From the UHGV virus genome UHGV-0087599: DNA of 63,129 bases. One strand, 5' to 3'. Shown piece after piece: positions 17,081 through 26,122 of this stretch (positions are counted from its first letter, which is position 1; every line of letters starts with the position of its first letter). The position numbers and the translations under genes were made by a program. The DNA is from a virus. Below the pieces are notes generated by a model. It did not search any database, was not told the origin of the DNA, and saw nothing but the letters and a program-made list of their open reading frames with translations.

Positions 17081-17595
17081 CAGTCACCTCCCGTGGACCC
17101 GAAGCCCTTCGTTTCCCTGTAGGTATGCGACAATTCCTCGACCACGGCGAACTCAACGTCGATGCTGAGACCCCTGTTGATGTCAGCGACCACGAGCGCC
17201 GGGGCCATGATGGTCGGCACGATGATGAGCTGCGCCACTCTCTGGCCCTCATAGTAGGCCACAGTCGGCTTGCGCAGGAGCGACGCGGCGCCTCTGGCCT
17301 GCACGCTGTCCGCTTTGCGGAACAACACCTTCACCGTGCCCCGATAATCAGGGTCGATGACCTGGACACCGCTGCCCATCATCTCCAGACCGGAACACAC
17401 CACAGAGCTGCGGGCAACAAGCAAACCGGCAAACCCCACGGGCAACTCCATCTCCACACCGGTGTCAAAACAATAGACCCCATTCCGCCGTGTGAGCTTC
17501 GCACCCCAAAGGTCGAACCCCACGGCACCGCTGCTCATGCGACACGGGACCTTCGCTCCCGAGAGTTTGAGCCTGCACGGGATGATGACAGCCAT
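17080..17595 (-). CDS. dut: dUTP diphosphatase (trimeric dUTPase); start moved to MAVIIPCRL
   Basis: Motifs SGAVGFDL, GVQVIDPDYRGTVKVL, QRVAQLIIVP and a C-terminal RETKGFGSTGG. Confidence 0.85.
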   Translation of the reverse strand: MAVIIPCRLKLSGAKVPCRMSSGAVGFDLWGAKLTRRNGVYCFDTGVEMELPVGFAGLLVARSSVVCSGLEMMGSGVQVIDPDYRGTVKVLFRKADSVQARGAASLLRKPTVAYYEGQRVAQLIIVPTIMAPALVVADINRGLSIDVEFAVVEELSHTYRETKGFGSTGGD

Positions 17596-17673
17596 ATCTT
17601 CCTCCTTGTTGTGATGCATAGTAAAGCATAGTAAGTTGCGAACGTCAATAAAAACCCCCCCGCATCTGAATAC

Positions 17674-17788
17674 GGGAGGGTCCAGAGAGGTGTGGCTCAC
17701 CAGGTTTCAATACACAGTCGCCGCGTCTGGAGAGCGGGAGGGTCTTGAGAGGTGTGGCTCACCAGGTTTCAATACACAGTCGCCGCGT
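17674..17788. repeat. 53-nt direct repeat x2 (period 62; 2 mismatches) in the intergenic region upstream of dut
   Basis: gggagggtcc/ttgagaggtgtggctcaccaggtttcaatacacagtcgccgcgt at 17674..17726 and 17736..17788. Confidence 0.85.
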
Positions 17789-17983
17789 TTGCCGACTGCC
17801 TTCACAGGAATGTATCCGGTCCCTGCACCATCCCGGGCGTATCACCCTTGTTTCACCCAGGACAGCGTTCAGGCAATTTTGGTTGTACCCCAGGTGTGCG
17901 CCATAGTCAACAGTAAGCCGTATCCAGCGTGCCTTTTCTTTTGGCGGGGCCGTCCGTCTACAGATGCCCCTGGGGTACAAATA

Positions 17984-18421
17984 TCAATATTGCAGCGGCG
18001 GCGGAGAAAACATCTCCAACATCTCCATGCCGGAGACCCCATCAGCAGGAGTCCAGAAGGGCGACAGCCCTCGCATGGCTCGCAGCAACGCTGCATCATA
18101 AGCTCTGCCGTAGACCGCGAACTCGTCGGGGTGACTGCCATTCGCGACCACGGCATACAAAACCGACATGTCTTCGGGCGTTATGCCCTTGTAGACTGCC
18201 GGATAGAGGAACTCAGGCGTACCAAGCGACAACTCCGTCATCACACCCCCGCCAGGGAGCGTCTGGGCGGCGAAGCCCGGGCCTTTCAGCGTACCGTCTA
18301 TACGGTCTCCGAAGTCATAGCCCTGCGTGGCTCGCATGAGTTCAGGTCTATACGGCATGTGGAGGATGATGGCATCAGCCTTTATCCGTGTCAAGCCGTA
18401 AAAACTGGCACCCCGCCCCAT
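17984..18421 (-). CDS. hypothetical protein, 145 aa
   Basis: ORF. Confidence 0.4.
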   Translation of the reverse strand: MGRGASFYGLTRIKADAIILHMPYRPELMRATQGYDFGDRIDGTLKGPGFAAQTLPGGGVMTELSLGTPEFLYPAVYKGITPEDMSVLYAVVANGSHPDEFAVYGRAYDAALLRAMRGLSPFWTPADGVSGMEMLEMFSPPPLQY

Positions 18422-18560
18422 AAACTCAACCGCAGGCAGTATGGGGCGGGGATTTTAAGTTCGGCGTTTCGGGGTCGGCGTCCGGTCGAGTACCCCAGAA
18501 ACATATCGGGTGTGCAGTCACCCGACAGCAAACGACGCATCGTCTTGCTGTTGGCTGAAC

Positions 18561-19325
18561 CTACTCGGAAGAAGCCTCGGCGTCAACAGGAGAATGTGCT
18601 TCGCTGCGAATTTTCCTGGCCATGAGCGCCTGCGCCTGACTGCGGCCCGTACGCGGGCCACGGTGCCCTTCAAGACGTATCCACCAGCGTGTGGCATAGC
18701 AGTTCTCGGCCCGGACCTGTCCGCCCGCTGTGGCCACCAGCCCCCGGCAGACACCGGGCAGCCAGTTGGCCGGACGCAACATGCCGCGCAGGCCTTCGTC
18801 GTTCCATGCCTGCCCCAGATGGGCCAGCCAGTCCCTCAACATGATATGCCAGCCACGCCAGAGACAGGGTTGGTCAAAGACGCAGTCCACGGCCTCGATG
18901 CGGCCGCCGTGATGTGCCCAGGCCCCGAAGGACCGCACGTCGAAACGGTCTGGAGCGCCCCAGTTGCGTATCAGGCAGCCTCGCAACATGACCCGCATAC
19001 CAGACTGCGCTTCCGGTCCCCGCCGCCCGAAGTCTTCGAGGATACAGTCCTCGAAAATGACAGTCTTGCCGCGCTCCACCGCCAGCTTGTCCGCATCTCC
19101 TGAACCGCAGAGGATGAGCTTTCCCGCGCCCCGGATGACACAGCGTCGAAAAACGGCACTGCTTCCCCAGGTCACGCCCACGGCCTCATCCAGCTTATCC
19201 AACGGGCAGGCCGACAGGTCGATGAGGCAATCCTCCACCAGCCAGTCCTGCCCGTTGCTCATATCCAGGCCATGCCCACCCGCGTCAGGAGCGGTGATGG
19301 TCTGTCCCGCCAGGCTATACGTCAT
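18561..19325 (-). CDS. right-handed parallel beta-helix repeat protein, 254 aa; start moved to MTYSLAGQ
   Basis: Periodic segments: WLVEDCLIDL / VIRGAGKLILCG / VIFEDCILEDF / VMLRGCLIRNW. ATG overlaps the stop of the upstream exonuclease gene. Confidence 0.45.
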   Translation of the reverse strand: MTYSLAGQTITAPDAGGHGLDMSNGQDWLVEDCLIDLSACPLDKLDEAVGVTWGSSAVFRRCVIRGAGKLILCGSGDADKLAVERGKTVIFEDCILEDFGRRGPEAQSGMRVMLRGCLIRNWGAPDRFDVRSFGAWAHHGGRIEAVDCVFDQPCLWRGWHIMLRDWLAHLGQAWNDEGLRGMLRPANWLPGVCRGLVATAGGQVRAENCYATRWWIRLEGHRGPRTGRSQAQALMARKIRSEAHSPVDAEASSE

Positions 19326-19989
19326 AGTCCACGGCCTCCACGGCAAAAAGGGGCTTAGAAGCCAGGGCCAGAATCTTGTACATGGCCTGACGCAGATACT
19401 CGGCTTCCCACTCCGCATCGCACAGAGCATGGTGTGCGATGGCAGTATCAGGAACTTCGACGGTGATGCCCATGGCCTTCGCCATCAGCTCCACGGTCCT
19501 GAGCGACTGGTTGTTACGGTAGGTCCACACCTTCGACAAGAAAGCGGAATCATCATAGCACGCAATCGCATCGCGCCAGATGACATTGTCGAACTCCGGT
19601 CCCTTTCCCCAGAACTGCACATCGGCGCAGGACATCAGGTCAGGGTCCGGCATGACCCAGTCCACAAAATTTACCACTGCCCGCCGCAGGGCATAAGCAT
19701 CGGCATGGAACACCGCTTCCAGTGCAGCAGGACTCGTCTTCAGGGCCCACCACCGCACCGTATCATAATCCATGGCCCTGCCCGGCTGGTCGTCACCACG
19801 AATGGCACGATAGAACCTGCCGATGACTTCGTAGTGTTCGTCGAGGGCCACGGCACCGATGGCGATGATGACAGGTCTGAGACCTAATCCGAGGGTTTCG
19901 ATGTCGATGACGATATGCGCCGGGGTGTGGTCCACGCGCATATGTTCGGTCAGCCAACACTGTTCGATACCATATCCTTCCTTATGCAT
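19315..19989 (-). CDS. DnaQ-like (DEDDh) 3'-5' exonuclease, 224 aa; start moved to MHKEGYG with AGGAGG ribosome-binding site
   Basis: Exo I HIVIDIETLGL; Exo III-like HHALCDA; first gene of the minus-strand early block. Confidence 0.7.
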   Translation of the reverse strand: MHKEGYGIEQCWLTEHMRVDHTPAHIVIDIETLGLGLRPVIIAIGAVALDEHYEVIGRFYRAIRGDDQPGRAMDYDTVRWWALKTSPAALEAVFHADAYALRRAVVNFVDWVMPDPDLMSCADVQFWGKGPEFDNVIWRDAIACYDDSAFLSKVWTYRNNQSLRTVELMAKAMGITVEVPDTAIAHHALCDAEWEAEYLRQAMYKILALASKPLFAVEAVDYDV

Positions 19990-20129
19990 GTATGCCTCCT
20001 GGTGTTTCAGAGGTATATACAACAACAGCAGCAATACAGCAAGGAGATAACAAAAATTTTTCCCGCCAGACGCGAAGATATTCGAGGGTGGGGTCTGTCC
20101 AGATGGGGTGGGGGGGGAGGAAGTAATCT

Positions 20130-20217
20130 GGAATAGTGATGCATAGTAGGAGAGTTACGAAGGTGGAGGGAGGACGTTGGAATAGTGATGCATAGTAGGA
20201 GAGTTACGAAGGTGGAG
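20130..20217. repeat. 39-nt direct repeat x2 (ggaatagtgatgcatagtaggagagttacgaaggtggag) in the divergent intergenic region; (gccgaacgc)x3 follows at 20292..20325
   Basis: Copies at 20130..20168 and 20179..20217. Confidence 0.85.
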
Positions 20218-20637
20218 AAGGTTGTGAGCGCAGCACAGAGTATATGTTTTCTCTACAGGTCTGCGAAACCGCCGTCCAAACCCACCCGGCCCTCGCCGAA
20301 CGCGCCGAACGCGCCGAACGCGCCGCCTGCCTCTCGCCCAGGCCCCCGCCTAAGTACCTGAAATCATTAAACTTTCCGGTATATAAAATACGTTATTGAC
20401 ACAACCCCTTATATAGGCCAGTATAACCTTAACAGGAAGAAGGAACCGCCTAGCGGAGAGCCTCCCCTGCCTTGATCTTTGACAATGCGGACGGCCTGCC
20501 CATCCGCCTTGCGCCTCATAGCGCACAAGCGCCACAACCCCGCCCCTCGCGTCTGCCATCAGGCCACGTTGAGACGGCGCGGCGCACGCTATGAGAACAC
20601 GCGAGGGGCAACGGATGCACCGGCAAAGTGCTGGCCA

Positions 20638-20670
20638 GATATAGAGACACCACACGGAATGGGGAGACGG
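20638..20670. repeat. left arm of a 33-bp inverted repeat flanking gene 20685..21359
   Basis: gatatagagacaccacacggaatggggagacgg. Its reverse complement matches 21378..21410 at 30 of 33 positions, with 2 C/A mismatches and 1 G/T. Confidence 0.85.
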
Positions 20671-20684
20671 AAAGGGGCTGCATT

Positions 20685-21359
20685 ATGAGCAACACAACCT
20701 CCACCTCCACCTCCACCACCAATGCCAACGCCAAGCCCAGCGCCGTTCCCACGGCGAAGGTCTTCGCCGGATACGTCGATGACTTGGTCAAGGCTGGCGC
20801 CGAAGTCGAAAAGGCTGCTGCCAAGATTGCGCTTGCCGCAACGCGCCAAGCTGCGCATAGGTCAAGCTTGACCTACCTCAACGCAGCATATGCAGCTTTC
20901 AAGACCTGCCATCTCACATGCTTGCCGCAGCTCATGCGCTACGCGCTGGGAGTGCTTGGCGGATTGACCGCTGACGATAAGGGAAACCCTATGATTTCCC
21001 GGTCAAAGTCCATCCTTCGCATCACAGATGCGCGAGAACGCAAGGCCAACGGCGGTGACGCCTTCGCTTGGGCAGTTGAACCGAAGACCTCCCAAGCCAA
21101 GGAAGAACTTGCACGCGCGCGCCGTGCGCTTGCACATACGGACTTCGCGGACTTCTTGACCGCGCACACGGCTTCGGCCAAGTATGTCAAGGAAGACGGC
21201 TTGACCGCTTCCGAACGTGAGCTGATGGCGCTGCTCAATTGGGCACGCCGTAATAACAAGGCCAGCACGGCCAAGCGTGCTGGAGAGCGCGGATACGCTG
21301 ATTTACAAGATGCGCTCAAGATAGTGAAGAGTATGTTCAAGGAATTCAACGAAGAATAA
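20685..21359 (+). CDS. hypothetical Ala-rich protein, 224 aa, flanked by 33-bp inverted repeats; start moved to MSNTTSTST
   Basis: ORF between the divergent promoter region and the ori-like region. Confidence 0.5.
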   Translation: MSNTTSTSTSTTNANAKPSAVPTAKVFAGYVDDLVKAGAEVEKAAAKIALAATRQAAHRSSLTYLNAAYAAFKTCHLTCLPQLMRYALGVLGGLTADDKGNPMISRSKSILRITDARERKANGGDAFAWAVEPKTSQAKEELARARRALAHTDFADFLTAHTASAKYVKEDGLTASERELMALLNWARRNNKASTAKRAGERGYADLQDALKIVKSMFKEFNEE

Positions 21360-21377
21360 ACAAAACAAAACAAAACA

Positions 21378-21410
21378 TCGTCTCCCCATTCCATGTGATG
21401 TCTCTATATC
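21378..21410. repeat. right arm of the 33-bp inverted repeat
   Basis: tcgtctccccattccatgtgatgtctctatatc, 18 nt after the stop of 20685..21359. Confidence 0.85.
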
Positions 21411-22400
21411 AGGGATTCCCGCCTGAGTGATAGGTAAACGATGGAACCGCACATGGTGGTGCGCTCCAGTAATATGGCGCGTCCAGTGTGAACGTGTGCG
21501 GCAAGTGTCGTGTGGTGTGAAGACACGACACAAAGGGCCGATGTCTGACAAGCATACTGCGTGTGCAAGTCAGACATAGCGGCCCATGTTTGACTAGCAC
21601 ACGGCGTTAAATTATTACGTCGTGTGCTAGTCAGACAATAAGTACCTACGCAGGAATACTTATGGAAGTTGTACGACAGGCCGTGTTCGCCTACGCAGGA
21701 ATACTCATAGAAGTCGAAGCAAAAAACAACTTACGTTAAATTTAAGAATGTTTCTCAAAAAGAAAATATGCTTTTTTGAGTGTTATTTTTCCATGATTTT
21801 TACCTGATTTTCACACTCGCGAAAGTTTCGCACTCGCGAAAGATGAAGTGTAAAACTTTTGCGCGTAGGTGAAACTTTCGCGAGTGTGCTGCAAAAAAAT
21901 GCAACAATGCAAGAAAAAAGTTGCGAGAAAACGATGAACACTCGCGAAAGTTCTACCTACGCGCAAAAGTTTCACAGTTTGACTTACGCGAGAGAGTAAA
22001 CTTTCATTTTGCTGTGAAGATTCCTGCAAAAGCTGCATGTCCCCAAGCAGCAAGGGAGAAGAAAAGAAAAAAGTAAATAATAATAATATATTATATATTA
22101 TATATATATTATATATATTCTTCCTCCTCACAGAAGAAATTTCTTTTTCATTTTTCTGCCGATTTTGGGGTTTTTTCTGGGGATTTTTCGTGGGTTGAGA
22201 ATGTTGCGTGTTTTTCGTTTTTGCGTATGTTTTTTGTGTTGTTTTTCGCCTTCCTCAAATCTTGGCCGTTTTATCCCAGATTGCCGAAAAACTTTCAATC
22301 TTTTGTGAGTAACCTTCCTCACCTTCTCTACCTTCTCACTCGCACAAGGCTACTCACTTTACTCTGCAACCTCAAAAAGTGTCGAGGGAGGACATACAAA
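21411..22400. promoter_or_regulatory. AT-rich non-coding region: candidate replication origin and early promoter region, with palindromes, iterons and a (TA)n tract
   Basis: GC drops to roughly 35-45%. At least 4 copies of ACTCGCGAAAGTT in both orientations (21816..22005) with palindromic core TTTCGCGAAA; 22-nt direct repeat tacgcaggaatactYatRgaagt at 21649..21670 and 21692..21713; inverted repeats gtctgac/gtcagac and tgactagcacacg/cgtgtgctagtca. Pure A/T tract at 22071..22123 with (TATAT)n core at 22090..22118, and a hairpin at ctcaaaaag...cttttttgag. Confidence 0.55.
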
Positions 22401-22688
22401 ATGGCTGTGAAGTTATACCGTATCATCAACGCCAGCAAGACCTGCAAAGGACGTGCTGCGTGGAGGCTTGTCGAAGTGATGTATCCGGCAAGCCTCCCCT
22501 GCAATCCGGTGTCACCTGACGAACTTCAAGCTGCTGTTTGGCAGCAGCTTGAAGAAGAGCCGTGGTTCCCGCCCATCGTGGCGTTCGAATGGCACGACGG
22601 GAATCTGTACTTGGTGCAGCATCCCCGTCTCAACGTCGTCGTGCCGCATGTGCTGACGGCATGGCGCAAGACGCACGCTGCTGAATAA
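22401..22688 (+). CDS. early hypothetical protein, 95 aa
   Basis: GAGGGAGG ribosome-binding site; first gene after the regulatory region. Confidence 0.5.
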   Translation: MAVKLYRIINASKTCKGRAAWRLVEVMYPASLPCNPVSPDELQAAVWQQLEEEPWFPPIVAFEWHDGNLYLVQHPRLNVVVPHVLTAWRKTHAAE

Positions 22689-22737
22689 CCTTTACCCCAG
22701 CATCTTGTAGCTGGGCTTTTGGAGAAAGCACTATACT

Positions 22738-23163
22738 ATGAAGACGCCTGAACTGCAATTGTCTGACATCCGTGCGCTGATGGAAAAAACTTACCGGGGC
22801 ATTGCCAAGGTAACGGGGAATGAAGACGTCGACCCCGTGAAAGAACAACACCCTTCCCGTGTCGTCCCCACGCCGAAGCATGAGGCCACCAACGAAGAAG
22901 TGTTGGTGTGTTGGGGAGCTGTCTCGGCTGCTTCCAGCGCTGACGATATGACGCAGGGCGACTTTGCCGCTGGCCTGCTGCTGACGGGTCGTGCCGAACC
23001 CGAAGTCACCGGCGCCATCATCCTGGCCATATGCGACAGACTGCTCAAGGTCGGCGTCGAAGCCGGGGCCTTCCCTAGTATCCGTGAGCCGCTGGCCATG
23101 CTGGCGTCGAGCAGCATCCCGGACATGTCCGATGATGATGATGACAGGTGCGACCATGCGTAG
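22738..23163 (+). CDS. early acidic protein, 141 aa, C-terminus DMSDDDDDRCDHA
   Basis: ORF rich in Asp/Glu. Confidence 0.45.
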   Translation: MKTPELQLSDIRALMEKTYRGIAKVTGNEDVDPVKEQHPSRVVPTPKHEATNEEVLVCWGAVSAASSADDMTQGDFAAGLLLTGRAEPEVTGAIILAICDRLLKVGVEAGAFPSIREPLAMLASSSIPDMSDDDDDRCDHA

Positions 23164-23326
23164 ACCCTTCCTCGACCTCGTGACCGGTGAAGTCTTTCTC
23201 GACCTTGAGTCCTTGCGTCTGGCGCAGCCCGGCGCGTTCATCGTCCCCGTTTCGTGGGACGACCCTGACCTCAACCCTGCTGACCCTGCCACTTGGGCAG
23301 GCTATATGGAGCAGCACCATGTGTAG
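23156..23326 (+). CDS. small early protein, 56 aa
   Basis: Start overlaps the upstream stop (ATGCGTAG). Confidence 0.35.
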   Translation: MRRPFLDLVTGEVFLDLESLRLAQPGAFIVPVSWDDPDLNPADPATWAGYMEQHHV

Positions 23327-23648
23327 ACCCAACAACAAGATTTCCAAGGCCGCCGCGCAGGCGTTCATCGAGCGCCGTCCCTTCTGCCGGGACAACACGG
23401 AAGTCGTCGTCACTTCCCCCTCCTGCGCCGTGTTGAAGTTGCACGGCCACGTCATCGGCGAGAACTCCGCGTCCCGTGGGATGCATCTGACGATGGCTGG
23501 GTGGGGCACCATGACGACGGCTGCCCGGCTCAATGCCGTCATGCAGGCCCTGGGGCTGGGCATCCGCTGGTTCCGCAAGAACTGGGAATGGCACTACGGC
23601 GACAGGGTGCTGGAGAGCACGTACGAAGTCGTGGAAGTGGAGGTGTAA
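23319..23648 (+). CDS. early hypothetical protein, 109 aa
   Basis: ATGTGTAG start/stop overlap; ends 1 nt before the ATPase gene. Confidence 0.4.
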   Translation: MCRPNNKISKAAAQAFIERRPFCRDNTEVVVTSPSCAVLKLHGHVIGENSASRGMHLTMAGWGTMTTAARLNAVMQALGLGIRWFRKNWEWHYGDRVLESTYEVVEVEV

Positions 23649-23649
23649 C

Positions 23650-24612
23650 ATGGAATATTGTCTCTACGACTTCGGTGAGATTTTCACCGGCAAGAAGTCA
23701 GGCAAGCTGGTTCCCGGTTTCACCGGCGACCCTGTGCATCCGCTGGCTCCGGCCTGCGTGGCCGACTATGAGTACCCGGCATGGAGCCGGGACGTGTTCC
23801 TGTGGTGGTGCGGCGAGAAGCCCGAACCGTTGTACATCGGCGGCCCGACTGGCTGCGGCAAGTCAAGCCTTATCCGGCAACTTGCTTCCAGACTGCTCTA
23901 CCCTGTCTATGAGGTGACGGGGCACAGCAGGCTGGAGACGCCGGAGCTTGTGGGCCATCATGCCCTGAAGGACGGCGCCACTGTCTGGGTGGACGGCCCG
24001 CTGACTTCGGCCATGCGGCATGGCGGCATCTTCCTTATCGACGAAGTGGACTTGCTCGACCCGGGCACGGCCACGGGTCTGAACACTGTCCTGGACGGCG
24101 CTCCCCTGTGCATCCCTGACACGGGCGAGACTGTCATGCCCCATCCCGGGTTCCGGTTCGTCGCCACGGCGAACACCTTCGGCGACGGCGACATGTCGGG
24201 CAGGTATCAGGGCACGCTGCGGCTGAACGCCGCCTTCATGGACAGGTTCGTGGTGCTTGAGGCTACGTTCCTGCCCGAAGTAGCGGAGCTGCGCCTGCTT
24301 GCCCGTCGCACCCCGTCGCTGCCGGAAGAATTGCGCAAGGGCATGGTGCGACTGGCGGGCATGGTGCGCGACCAGTCGAAGCTGCCCAGCGATGTGCCCC
24401 GGGCCCAAGCCCTCGAAGGCATGACCTTCTCGACCCGCACGCTGCTCAGGTGGGCGACGTGGACGGAGGCGTGCAGGCCGCAGGCCATGCGTGCCGGTGA
24501 ATCCCCCGTCGCCTATGCGCTCACGAGAGCGCTGGGCAACAGGTGCGGGGAAGGTGGCAGGCGTGTGCTGGATGAACTTGTCCAGCGTGTGTTCGACATC
24601 AGCAGCAAGTAG
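23650..24612 (+). CDS. MoxR-family AAA+ ATPase (CobS-like), 320 aa
   Basis: Walker A GGPTGCGKSS, Walker B IFLIDEVDLL, sensor-1 VATANT; start moved to MEYCLY. Confidence 0.8.
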   Translation: MEYCLYDFGEIFTGKKSGKLVPGFTGDPVHPLAPACVADYEYPAWSRDVFLWWCGEKPEPLYIGGPTGCGKSSLIRQLASRLLYPVYEVTGHSRLETPELVGHHALKDGATVWVDGPLTSAMRHGGIFLIDEVDLLDPGTATGLNTVLDGAPLCIPDTGETVMPHPGFRFVATANTFGDGDMSGRYQGTLRLNAAFMDRFVVLEATFLPEVAELRLLARRTPSLPEELRKGMVRLAGMVRDQSKLPSDVPRAQALEGMTFSTRTLLRWATWTEACRPQAMRAGESPVAYALTRALGNRCGEGGRRVLDELVQRVFDISSK

Positions 24613-24622
24613 GAGGACGACC

Positions 24623-25177
24623 ATGGCAATCCATACCGAATATTCCCTGCGGCACAAGGTCGAGTTCCGTCCCGATGAATTCGCCGACGACCCGAGGACG
24701 TTCGCACACCCGGCCATCCGTATCATCTGCGCGCCGAACAGGTACGGCATCGGCGATGAGCAGACGTGGCACCGTTCGCAGAACCCCATGCCGAACCATG
24801 CCCACCTGCCGCTCTACGTCATGGACCACAGCGCCGTGCACATCAGCCTGACGCCGTTCGCCGGGGCAGGCCCCGATGCGTGGCAGATAGGCGTCGTGGA
24901 CATCGACATCCTCGCCTTCGCCGGTTCGTCGGAGGCCATGCTCAAGGCCGTGAATGATGCCGTCGAAGACTATGATGCCTGGCTCAACGGCGAGGTGTAC
25001 ACGCTGGTGTACAGGGAGCGCGGCACGAACGTCCGCATCAAGACGGACGAAGGTGTGTACGGCTACGTCAACGCCGTGCAGACGGCTCTCGCCGAGCTCG
25101 ACAGGCTGGACGCCGTGCGTCCCTACCAGCTCCGTCTCCCCGGCGTGCCTGACGTGCGCCATGCCGATGCCGTGTAA
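24623..25177 (+). CDS. hypothetical protein, 184 aa
   Basis: AGGAGG ribosome-binding site; start moved to MAIHTEY. Confidence 0.45.
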   Translation: MAIHTEYSLRHKVEFRPDEFADDPRTFAHPAIRIICAPNRYGIGDEQTWHRSQNPMPNHAHLPLYVMDHSAVHISLTPFAGAGPDAWQIGVVDIDILAFAGSSEAMLKAVNDAVEDYDAWLNGEVYTLVYRERGTNVRIKTDEGVYGYVNAVQTALAELDRLDAVRPYQLRLPGVPDVRHADAV

Positions 25178-25245
25178 GTGAGACATGCGGCCACGGCTCC
25201 CATCGTGCGGGGCCGTGGCTGGATGAAAATACGGAGGATTGACAT

Positions 25246-25779
25246 ATGGGTATTTACAGTGATGTTGCTCTGGTGATGAACGCCAAGGGTATGGAATGTC
25301 TCAACGCGCAGCTTGAAAATCTGGATAAGGATACGCGTGATGACGTTCTGGAGTTCCTCGGATGGGCCGACGAAGAGGCCGAGAGCGCGAGCGAATGGCT
25401 GCTGTGCTGGCGTGACATCAAGTGGTACGGAGACGACACTATCGACGTGCTCGTGGGTATCCTGGATGCAATGCCCGAGGCGTACTACAGGTTCAGGCGC
25501 GTCGAAGAGACCGGGGACACCGACTATATGGGAGACCTGCACGGAGACTTCAACGTCATCGCCGTGCACAAGCTGGAGTGGAAGGATTTGACCGCCGTGC
25601 CTGCGCCGACGACGTACTCTCTGCGACCGCCCGTCATCACGTCTGAGGATGTGGCCGATATGCTCGGCATGACCGTGGCCCAGGCCGAAGAGATCCTGCT
25701 CGATAACAGCACGCGCATCATCCAGCGCATGGTGGCCTCCGCTTGGTCGGCCATCGCAGACATCAAGCGCAGCATGTGA
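25246..25779 (+). CDS. hypothetical acidic protein, 177 aa
   Basis: ORF. Confidence 0.45.
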   Translation: MGIYSDVALVMNAKGMECLNAQLENLDKDTRDDVLEFLGWADEEAESASEWLLCWRDIKWYGDDTIDVLVGILDAMPEAYYRFRRVEETGDTDYMGDLHGDFNVIAVHKLEWKDLTAVPAPTTYSLRPPVITSEDVADMLGMTVAQAEEILLDNSTRIIQRMVASAWSAIADIKRSM

Positions 25780-25789
25780 GGGTACGACG

Positions 25790-26110
25790 ATGACGCGCAA
25801 AGAATACCTTGACCTTTCCCGTCTCGGCAATGGCACCGAAGTCTTCCATCAGTATTACAGCCAGTTCGTGACGCCGTATGTGACGGAAGTCGTGCGGACG
25901 TGCATCGGTGAAGACATCATCCGGGCGTCGAAGGACGTTCACTTCAACGACATCCCCATCAAGCTGTGGGACAAGCTCGTTCCGCTTGTCCGTCACGGCA
26001 TCGCCAGCAAGAACGAAGAGCTCAACGGTATGCGGGCCGTGTCCGAGTGCGAGTGCGTGTGCACTCTGAAGACTGCGGCCCATATCATCAGGGACAGTTT
26101 CAACAACTAG
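25790..26110 (+). CDS. hypothetical protein, 106 aa
   Basis: ORF. Confidence 0.4.
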   Translation: MTRKEYLDLSRLGNGTEVFHQYYSQFVTPYVTEVVRTCIGEDIIRASKDVHFNDIPIKLWDKLVPLVRHGIASKNEELNGMRAVSECECVCTLKTAAHIIRDSFNN

Positions 26111-26122
26111 GAGGAAAGCACC

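Noticed and set aside
17674-17788. CRISPR-like mini-array (also considered for 20130..20217)
   Set aside because: Only two repeat copies, no regular spacer of distinct sequence (spacing 9-10 nt), and no cas genes. More consistent with duplicated regulatory elements.
22070-22130. (TATAT)n tract as a microsatellite-encoded peptide or CRISPR leader
   Set aside because: Non-coding, too short, and in the canonical position of an origin unwinding element or promoter UP-like tract.
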